This document shows positions 50,739 through 60,589 of a stretch of DNA of 64,000 nt, piece after piece (the stretch's first letter is position 1; each line of letters starts with the position of its first letter). Where the stretch lies: the NCBI GenBank assembly GCA_029953675.1, contig JAMWBK010000006.1, forward strand, positions 806,001-870,000. Reading direction: 5' to 3'. The position numbers and the translations under genes were made by a program. The notes below the pieces were generated by a model. The model saw only the letters and a list, made by a program, of their open reading frames with translations. It made no database searches and had not been told where the DNA came from. This DNA is from Rhodosorus marinus CCMP1338. Its lineage: Eukaryota > Plantae > Rhodophyta.

Positions 50739-51113
50739 ATGTCGCTTGATCTGCAAGTAAGAGTTTCTGGAACAAGCTATGCCGTTCCCGCACAAGAGAG
50801 CGATACCTTGTTTGACTTGAAGTGTCGGATCTTCTCGATCACGGCCATCGACCCAGCAACGATGAAGTTAATCGAGGTAAGGAGTCTTCCTTAGATAATT
50901 TGTAATTTGGAATTGGTTTACTTTTCGGGGCGACTCCATCTTCTACGTTTCCCCCCGCTGAAAGTGAGCATACTCCATTCCCGTTCTGAACAGTCCGGTC
51001 GAACCTTGGACTCTGAGGACCAACTCAATCCTAAAGTTACGTTGTCGTCATTGAAAATCACCAGCGCTTCAAAGATAATGGTTGTAGCTATTCCGCAGCC
51101 GTCAAAAGAATAA
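50739..51113 (+). CDS. Small ubiquitin-like domain protein (85 aa), 2 exons
   Basis: MSLDLQVRVSGTSYAVPAQESDTLFDLKCRIFSITAIDPATMKLIE-SGRTLDSEDQLNPKVTLSSLKITSASKIMVVAIPQPSKE*, which fits the UBL pattern; intron 50877-50993. Confidence 0.65.
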
Positions 51114-51219
51114 CCCCTGTACTTGAAGTTTCAGTGACGAATTTCATCACCTTGCTGATTCTAGCTTGGGACATCCGTTCAACACCGTCAACCTGCTAGT
51201 CTGACTGCAAAGATCAAAA

Positions 51220-51642
51220 TCAGATGCTAGAAATCAGGTTTCTTTGGGACTCTGGGAGAGAAGAGGTTTGTACCATACAGACCAAAGCAAGCTGAGATGG
51301 ACAATGCACGAGATTCAACTGCTTGTCAGAGTCACCAGAAGCGCACCGCTTCGGTAGCCGCTCAACTGTTTTATGCCCTGGCTCAATATGTGGATTCTTT
51401 CCTGAGGGAACCCAGGGCAAGCCAATGTGAATGACTTTTGGTCTCTCAAGGGACGAGCTCAGAAAAGTAAAAAAGCTTAGTAGTCTGCATTGTATCGCCA
51501 CCGAATCGTTGACTTTGAAAAAGATCGAAACCGAGTCATTCCAAAGCCTGTTAACCCCGGTTCGCATGTCTTCGGCCTGATTCATCCCCGTAAGCTTTGG
51601 TCCATCAGTTGAGTTCAAGCTGACCCTTCCTTCACCAGCCAA
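51220..51642 (-). CDS. Hypothetical protein
   Basis: Open frame starting just downstream (on -) of the AT-rich core at about 51700-51850. No family recognised. Confidence 0.3.
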   Translation of the reverse strand: MAGEGRVSLNSTDGPKLTGMNQAEDMRTGVNRLWNDSVSIFFKVNDSVAIQCRLLSFFTFLSSSLERPKVIHIGLPWVPSGKNPHIEPGHKTVERLPKRCASGDSDKQLNLVHCPSQLALVCMVQTSSLPESQRNLISSI

Positions 51643-52380
51643 GCACTCGAACGTAACTGTCCCAAAATAACTCTTCCATTACAAAGGTCATTACTAGTCT
51701 CATACTACCCATTAAATATTCTTTAAATTTACAGGCAAAATATAAATATTTTAGGAATAAAAACAATATTTTATTATATCTTTATAATTTTAGATCATAG
51801 TACGACTCTAAATCGTCTATGGATCCTAATGTAAATAGTAAATTGGGACACAAAGAAGTAGCTCGGTGGGGAGAGAGGTTTGCCATTGTGCGTGTGTGTG
51901 AAGAGGAAGTGAAGAACTGGTCTGAGATTTTTTCCTTTTCCAACTAAGACAGGAAGTGATCGATAAGCAAATTTAGTTTTTTGGAGTTAGTTTTTCTTGA
52001 AGGAAAAAGTCTGAGTCAGCTGGTCGTTTTTCCGTGAAGAGGACGTGCCGTGTACTTCGGTTGTTGTCTTTCGCGAAAAAGAGAGAATGGGGAGGCTTTG
52101 ACAAGTGGTGTTTCTGCTTCAACTTTTTCGTTTTCAGTTTTTGGCTTTTCCCGGGATCGTAATCGTAGCTACGAATGTAAAATCCACGGTTGCGTTATTT
52201 AGAGGTTTGAGCCCAAGTTGGGATTTGTCGCCGTGTTGCTTTGCTGGTTCTCTGTGGGATGATGATGGTCTAGATCCCCGGATTTTTTTTTGCGAGGGGG
52301 GAGAAGGGAGAGGGGAGAGGGGTGGTGAGGTTTGCCTTGAAGCGTTGCACTGGCTTTGGGCTTAGCCAAGTTGTCGTAAG

Positions 52381-55300
52381 ATGGAATCTACACAGGACAA
52401 AGTCGATGACAAGCAGACTGGTGAAGAGGAGAAGAAAGTAGAGGAGGAGCAGCCTCCAGGCTGTGTCGAGAAATCTAAGGAGGATGTTGACGGTCAGAAA
52501 AAGCTCTTGCAGTCACCAACTTTTGGCATGAAGAACCTGCCGGTAAATCCAGGTCCGATTGACTTCACTGGGTCCAGCGTCTCGTTCAGTCCGACGGTTA
52601 AGCCACCAGTTGCTAACCTCTTTGGAGCTGGCCTGTTTGGCCAAGGACAGGCCCTTGGTTTCCAGTCAGGTTTGGGTACGCTTCCAAGTTGAATGTAATT
52701 GGCACATTCGGGAGCTTAAGATTCATCTTCCCTTATTCTTTTGATTCGTTGTCAGGGCTCTTCGGATCGACGCCCCCCCAGAGTACCCCACCTGCCTTCG
52801 GCTCAGGGTTTCCTGCCCCTCCGGTATTTTCTTTCGGTGCCACAAGTACTGCCGAGGCTGGAAAACTTCCATCGGGTCTGAATCCTGTGGTAAGTGCTCA
52901 GGGCACTGAAAAAACTAGATCAGAATTGACTCCGACTAGTCAAGCAGACAAGCTCCCAGCGAGTATCGAAGATCCGGGGCTTGCACAATCTGCGGACAGA
53001 ACCCAGCCCGAACTACAAAAAGTCGTTCAGGATGGAACCTCGGGAACGGATCAGCCTCCTACTGATGCTGGCGATCCGAAAGGAGCAGCAGTACCTGCTC
53101 CTGCCGCTGCTCTGGACTCGATAGGTATACTTGCGAACCCAATTACAAGAGTTGTGCGATGGGGTGCTTACCTGGGGTACGAATTCTTCTTCGACTACTT
53201 CTCTTTCGAGGAAAGACGTTAAAGATTTGCGAAATTACTCGGCAAGAGCGAGGGTGATCGCGAAGCTACCATCAGGAGAAAAGAATATGGGATGGGGTCC
53301 TTTGACAATGACAGCGGCAGCCGATGGAGTCAAGATTGTACACGGTAGTGAGGCGGATGGCTCTTCAAGACTTGAGATCGACCTTGATGAAAAGACGCTC
53401 CTGAGAAGTGTTAGGGAAAAGAGCTACCAGATCCACAATACAGGTGCTCGCGGATCGTATTTGGTTCAGCTGCAGAGCAAGGAAGTCGGGGACGACTTTT
53501 ACGCGAGGGTCGTGAAAATTCTGGACAAGCTGAAAGGCTCAAATCAGCCAGCGGTAACGGGGATCGCAGTCGACGGTGGAGCTACAGCAAGAAAGCTTAG
53601 GTCACAGGCGACGAACAATGCCAAGAAGAACTTAGCCACGGGGTCGGCATCGGCTACTGGGACAGCGAGCGTTGGAATCGCCGCCACCGGGAAAATCTCA
53701 AAGAAAGCTGCGAATGCGAAACCTGATGACAAAAGCATGCTGCTTAAAAAGATGCAACTTCTCGAGGCGCGGAAGCAACTTTTGAAGAAAAAGGGAAAGA
53801 AAGAGGGTAACTGCTCCGTCCTCGAACATCTAAGTCAAGTCTTCATTCAACAAACGTTAACCTGAAAAATACACGTAATTTCTAGTCAAACTGCCTGCTG
53901 ACGAGGGAGCAAGCACTCCTAGTGTGAAAGCTCCTGCTATTGAAGCTCCTGCTGTTGAAGCTCCTGCTGTTGAAGCTCCTGCTGTTGAAGCTCCTGCTGT
54001 TGAAGCTCCTGCTGTTGAAGCTCCTGCTGTTGAAGCTCCTGCTGTTGAAGCTCCTGCTGTTGAAGCTCCTGCTGTTGAAGCTCCTGCTGTTGAAGCTCCT
54101 GCTGTTGAAGCTCCTGCTGTTGAAACTCCTGCCGTTGTACCTCCTACTGCTATACCTCCTGCTGTTGAAGCTGCTGTGGTTGAAGCTTCTGCATCTACGA
54201 GCACCCTGATTCCGCCTCCATCTGTCAGTGCTACTCCTGACAAATCATCTGCTGATGGGAGGACAGTCCAGACAGCTGCTGACGAGCCCGTGCAAGCGAA
54301 GGATCAAGAAGGCGAATCTGATGTAGGCTCGTCAGTGCCAACTTTGAAACCGGTCACGCCGAGCGCTACTGCGAAGGATAAGGAAAGTGGACTCCCGGAG
54401 CTTGAATCTGCTCAGCAACCCTCAACGCCACCCAAGGTCATTGTGCTCGGGCTAAATCCATCCAAAATCAGTAAGTATCTTAAGATTTACGAAGCACAAC
54501 AGTTGATTTATCTTAATTCACGGAAACGTCGGCATCTTTTTCAGATGCTGTTGAAACCAAGACGAGCGTTGATCCAGAATCTGCCCCTGCCACTGCCAAA
54601 GTACCAGGAGGTGAGTACATGACCGTCCTCTAGTAAGAGGTTCGTAACCATGCTGAAGCTAGTGGACCCTTTTGCGTGCATTTGACAGCTGCTGCGCCTG
54701 CACAGCCTACGATGGAAAAGACTCCGGCCTCGGTCGGTACCAGCGCTACCGCGGTCAAGAGCCCATCAAAGTTCAACGCCGCTGCGCCTGAGTTCAAACC
54801 ACCAGGGATCGCTGCACTTGTAGTGCCATCCACAACAGCGCTGCCTCCGGAAAGCGAGCATAAACCGACTGACGCACCAGCGATTGGTTTGGCTTCGAAG
54901 GCAGCATTAGGCTCAATATTATCCTCGACCATCGCTCCAGCGACTTCAACTCCCGGAACATCAGCAGTGCCGATGACCGATGGCTCCAATGCTCCGCGAT
55001 CTGCCGCAGCAGTATTTGCAACGCCTAACCCCACCCCCACCCTTCAATCAAGCTCGAGCGCTGCTCTAGCCGCCGCAACGGAGTCTGGTGCAGTTGCAAT
55101 GGACGTGGTGGGTTCAAAGAATGACAAGCCATCATCGGTCGAGGAGGCTTCGATATCCAAGAAAATCGGAAACACTGGACTCGGGGCTTTAAACCCACCC
55201 GGAGAAGCACCTCGGGTGGCGGAAAAGCCTCGAATTGCCGTACTTTCAACTTCTGCCGCAACTGCGAAACCTTCACAAGCTGCTGATGGTGGCGCAAAGT

Positions 55301-57990
55301 CTTCGGCGACTGGTGCGGGACCCACTGGCCAAGGTGCGCTGAAGGAGAAGCCCGAAGTGCCGAAGCTGGTCCAGGGTGATAAGGCTCTTTCCAAACCGAC
55401 CAATACTATCCCGACAACGACCCCGCCAGCGAGTCAGCCCGCTCCCGCCGCCGGTCCGGGACTGGTCAACCTGAACAAAAAAATAGCGCTGAAGTCGATA
55501 CTGCAAAAATCCGCCGCACAGACAGGGACTGGAGCCCCAACATCTGCTCCTGAGAAGGCTCCACCGGCTTCGGGTAATGCAGATTCGAAGCCTGCAGTGC
55601 AGACCCCCGCAAAGTCAACAATGATATCCCTCGTGGGATCGAAACCCCAGGTGAAGCCGGGCGCGGTAAGCACAGAGATTAAACATCGTCAAACGCTCAG
55701 CAGGAGTGCATGGATTATAATCTAATGGAAACGGAAACTTTATGTCTTTTCGAAGGGCGGTAAGCCGGGCAAACCCTCAGCGCAGATACCATCTCCGAGC
55801 ACTGGCAAAGAATCTCTGAAGCGGAAGAAGTCCGTGGATGCTTTGAAGAGGAAACTGCTAAAGCAAGGCAAAGTAAAGGACGGAAAAGCACCTGAGGCAA
55901 TTGAAGCATCTGTACCTGAGTCCGCACCTCCTCCTGATACCAGTAAAGGGGTGAAAATTGATGTGACTCCACCAGCGCAGCAAAAGCCAGTCGCACTGCC
56001 GAGCGGTACCGTTCGGGTGCTCCGGGCTTCTACGACGAGCCAGAAACAGCAGATGGAGGTGGGATATTCTCAAAAGCTCATCACACTCATGTCCCAATGC
56101 TCAATAAAAACTCATGTTCTTCTTCTGCTCCTGGGTCTGCTCAGAGCACCTCAGCGAAACGAACTCCGATTTCAACGATTCCTCAAGTTGTCGCCCCACT
56201 AGCCGCGGCGGGACGAGGAAGCCAGCATCCGCAAGGAGTAGGCGAATATACGAGAACGCAGACAAGTTTGCCCCTGTTATGCGGACTGCTAATCATACCT
56301 AACCGTCTGCCTTCCCCAGGTTGCAATCGCAAAACCCACCCTAAAGGCACCAACACCTCCAGTCAGCAAGGACAAAGTGCTGGACTCAGTTCGAGTGTTC
56401 GTTGAAAAGCACATTTCAACCTTTAAGAGAAAGTTGGAGGATGTGCTTCCAACGAAACTGATACGTACGAAGACCAAAGCGAGACCATTGAACAGGGAGG
56501 ACTTTAACCACCGATTAGCTACATTCGGAGCGCTGAAGTGGCCAATGAGAACTGGAGGGATCAGCGCATTCGAATGTGCCAGAAACGGCTGGATAAACAC
56601 GGACTACAACACATTGGAGAGCGGCGATACGAATGGAATCGTTCGGTAAGTAGAAGATTAGGCCTGGCTTCGTACACACGAAACGAGTTATTCATGTGTC
56701 TTACGTCGCCTCGTTTTTTCCGGGTCTAGTTTTGACGGCTCCGCGGAAGACCAGGATGCTGAAGTTGCGCGCGTAAGACAGAAAGTGGTAGTCAGCGGTC
56801 ACGATGTATTGTCAGGCTGGATTGGCCATTCGTCACCGGAGGACTTCTCGAGAACCCCGACTGACTTCCTCTCGAAGGCGGCAGTACAGAGCAGAGCATC
56901 CGCACTGCTTGCCGTGTCCGTGGCTGTTAAGCCATCTGAGAACGCGATTCAAAAACTTGACAAGGCCAAATTTGGAAAGGTTTGCGAGCTCAAGAAGAAT
57001 GAAAAAGGAGTAATCAACGCGACGATTTGCGCGATATTCGGATGGGCGCCCAAGTAAGAGCCTATCGAAGCATATGATTGGGCAGGTCAAGATTCTGAAC
57101 GGCGGGAAGCCAGGACTAATTCAATTTTCAAACCACCCTTCAGGTCGATAGGGTTCTCGGGTACGATCTCGAAGACTGTTCTTACATGTGAATTATGTGG
57201 GGTCCGAATTCCCATAGAAACTGTGTCGGAGTTTGACGCAGACGATGAGCATCGATGGTACTGCCCGTTGCTAAAGGATGACGGCCCGAAGAAAGCACTG
57301 GATGCGTTTGTAGGTCACGCAGAGCCTATTCAGCATCGCACGAGTGACCAAGACAAGCACGTGGGAATGAAAAGGAAGCACGAGGATGATGATGCAATCG
57401 CGGCTGAGCAAATGGTCGCAAAGCACCCTGGCAAGGGAGATCTCAGCAGCAGTAAGATCGAACCTGGCGACGAACCACCACCGCTTAAGCGGCAGCATGT
57501 TGACAGGGATACCTCTGCAGTTGAGAAGTCTTCCTCAGCTGTTGAGAATTCGTTCAAGAAACAGAATCCCAAAGCGGAGCAAGCTGCGAAGGTCGTGGAA
57601 TCGGAGGATGTGAAAGCTAATGCCGGAGAACCCGAAGATGTGAAAACTCGCGTTCCCGACGCCGAAGGCCTCCAAGCTAATGCTTTGGGATTAGTGGATG
57701 TGAAAGCCATCAGCAGCGAATCCAAACCAGCGACAGCCGTGGCGGGAGAGGTGCCGGCCGTTGCCGAGAAGCTGGTTGATGCTGGAACATCTAAAATGGT
57801 ACAAACTACTGAACCTGCGGCCCCAGCAAAAGAGGAACAAGTAGTACAAAAGGGTCAAGGTTCCACAATAGATCAAGCGGATTCAACTGGCTCTGCCATG
57901 GTTGCTATGGAAATGGATAATCAACCTGAAGCTGAAAAGTCAGGGCAAGGACCGCAACCGTCAACAGACGAACAGAAGCCCGACGCTTAA
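52381..57990 (+). CDS. Large (roughly 1500 aa) ZC3HC1/NIPA (Rsm1/Pml39)-like protein with FG-like motifs, a RanBD/PH-like domain, an EAPAV repeat and a PAM2 motif; about 11 exons
   Basis: All ORF pieces join in phase through GT-AG introns. C-terminal RPLNREDFNHRLATFGALKW..ISAFECARNGWIN..HDVLSGW..AIFGW..LTCELCG..FDADDEHRWYCP matches the zf-C3HC/Rsm1 pattern. Confidence 0.8.
53926..54135 (+). repeat. Coding 15-bp tandem repeat (TGAAGCTCCTGCTGT x12 plus 2 degenerate copies)
   Basis: Directly visible; encodes (EAPAV)12. Confidence 0.98.
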
Positions 57991-58589
57991 GCCTCGGTTC
58001 GAGCAAGGAAGATATCGGAAAGCGAAGAACCCGTTAGGACGGCAATGCAATTACTTTAGATGCCGAAATCGGAAAACAATCCCGGCTACTGGCCGGTTGC
58101 ACAGAAAAACGAGCAGGGCACTCGAAATACGGAAGCTCATATGCTTTAGCAGCTCGCAAGTGAGAAGATCCTTCATTAGAAGGTGCTTGTGACCAGAACA
58201 GCAATGAATCCCGTCCGTGACTCAATATACATAGCAAAAACCTGTGTGCTTCAATAAAAAACAATGGCTAGCAGAGCCCGCGTCATCCTCAACGCCAAGC
58301 AAGGGAACAGGTGAGAAGCGTTTCCAGGCACCCACCAGAAAACCAAGAGGATGAGACAAAAAGACTCGAAATTCAATTTAGACCATTGAACACCCTTTTT
58401 CAGTATTTTTTCGCCATTTGTAGTTTTGGGTTAAAAGTTTTGCAGTTCTATATGGAGGATATGAAAATCTATTATTTTTCGACGCTTAAGGAAAACTTAT
58501 GAGAAAAACAGAAGTAATATATGGAGCTAATTTTTTTACCGATAAGAGGTACACATGAAAGGAGGACTCTCCCCCTACCGATGGGGCAG

Positions 58590-59146
58590 GGTTTGGTCGT
58601 TAGTGGGAGTTCCGTTTGACCGCTTCTGACAGGTACTTGAGGATCCAGAAGACTCACAGCGTACTAAGACGATTCGTCTATATTCCGAATCCTGTTTATT
58701 AAATATGAGAACTTCCCCAGGAGTTGGCTAGGACTAGTTCCTAGTTCCCAGTTCAGATGCCATAGACCCACAAGGAGGATAAGGGGGATAGGGGCTACGA
58801 GTCAGGAGGAGAGCTTTGCGTGGGATTCCGTTTGACCACTTCTCACAGGTTGAATTACTTGAGGATCTAAAACACCCACAGCGCACTAAGACGAGCATCT
58901 ATGTTTCTAGCTCCTCTTCATTAGATATGAGAGCTTCCCCGGGAGTTGGCCAGGACTAGTTCAGAGGCCATATGCCACCTGTTAGTCCGAAATGGGGTTG
59001 TGGCCGGAGGAGCCAGGTTGAGGGTTTGCGGGACCGCTTCTGACGGGTTGAATTACTTGAGAATCTATAAATCTCACAGTGTGTATTCTAGTTCCTCTTC
59101 AGTAGGTATGAGAGCTACCCCAGGAGTTGGCCAGGCTAGTTCAGAG
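58590..59146. repeat. Three diverged tandem copies of a unit of about 200-215 bp
   Basis: gaccgcttctgacagg..tacttgaggatc..cacagcg..atatgagagcttccccaggagttggccaggactagttc recurs at about 58618, 58834 and 59032. Confidence 0.85.
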
Positions 59147-59219
59147 ACAAACAAGCACCGATATAGTCGGAAGTGGAGGCCGGGCCATCTCATCAGCCTT
59201 GGGTAGGTTTAACAGACCT

Positions 59220-59843
59220 ATTCCTTATATGAACTCTCAGGAAATATCAGTCACCTTTGCTCACTTTCACCACCTCCGACAACGAAAAGAGTCTTAAGTC
59301 AAAACACTAAAAAGTTAAGTTGCGAATCTCTTCCTCCTCGCCAAACTCTCCTCAAACAAACTCTACATCACACTCCAGTACTGCACCTGGCCAGTAGGGT
59401 TTGCTCACCTTGTACCTAAGCTCCCAGCTGTTCAGATTAGGATGCTCAGTGGCTTACCTCATGTAACGAGGTGTTCAGACTAGGATGCTCAGTGGCTTAC
59501 CTCATGTATCAGGTGTTCAGACTTGGATGCTCAGTGGCTTACCTCATGTATCAGGTGTTCAGACTTGGATGCTCAGTGGCGTACCTCACCTTATAAACTC
59601 CCAGCTGTTCAGACTAGGATACTCATTCATCGTCGCATCTCATGTACAAGGTGAGCAACTGTACTAGCCAGAGATGCCAAGTACTCAGGAGTGTACGATG
59701 AGACTTTATTTGAGGAGAGTTTGGCGAGGAGGAAGAGATTCTCAACTCAACTTTTTAGTGTTTTGATTTAGACTCTTTCTTTGTCGGAGGTGGTGAAAGT
59801 GAGCAAAGGTGACTGACCTTTCCCGAGAGTTCATATATGGAAT
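59220..59843. mobile_element. Foldback/MITE-like element: inverted arms of about 200 bp around a 42-bp tandem array
   Basis: Arms 59220-59415 and 59644-59843 are near-perfect reverse complements. The interior has five gttcagactaggatgctca-type units (59430, 59473, 59515, 59557, 59607). No ORF; TSD not resolved. Confidence 0.8.
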
Positions 59844-60589
59844 GGTTATGTAGAGTTTGGGTTGGGGGGGTGTTGGGTGGGTGAGATGTTTTGGGTCGTT
59901 TTCAAGAGCACCTAGGCCGGACTGATGCAAAAGGCCGTGAAAACCATTTTTTCCTTCGTTTTAAGGAAAAGGAGCGTTGAGGTGATGTCTGGAGGGGAAG
60001 AATCTATTTGTGCTTTGGCTGGGAATGTGTTTTAGTATTGAAACTGAAGTCGAGCAGGAATTGAGAACGTACCTGGCGTTCTGGAAGTTCGTTGTTTCTG
60101 TCTTTCGGAAGAATGGGGATGTGATATGATGATTTTCTGTACATTAACGTGCTTGGAAGTCGACACGTGAGTTACCCAGCGAGGAGGCTTCGTTGTCCAC
60201 AGCTGAGTGCTGTAGTGGCGATTCTATCTTTTTGTTGGCAGTTTAAACTAGCCTTGTGTACTGTTTCGAGATACTGTTGCTTTGGACGGTTGTCACCATA
60301 AGGCTTCTTTCCATTCACTAGGAACGCCAGAGAAAAAGGACCACGATATTGGGCAAACCATCTGTCTCGTTTGTTCGTGCCTTTGGGGGTTAGGCATAGG
60401 ACCCGGAAAAAAGAGTACGCGCGGGACGCGACAAGGATTTATTGTCAAGGTAAAGGTTGGTTTTGGGGCTGTGGTCCAGTGCATTGTATACAGCGGATTT
60501 CGCTTGGGCGGGTTTGTCAATGTATGGCCCCTCGGACTGAGAACGTTTCTCCTGGTGTGCAGCCTTCTGCGTGGCTATAAAGCAGTACG

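Noticed and set aside
53857-54243. (KLLLL)n and (AGAST)n ORFs
   Set aside because: Alternative frames of the 15-bp repeat. The EAPAV frame is the one that splices in phase with its neighbouring exons.
59430-59625. CRISPR-like array of 42-bp units
   Set aside because: The intervening sequences are near-identical rather than unique spacers, there are no cas genes, and the context is eukaryotic. It is a tandem repeat inside a foldback element.
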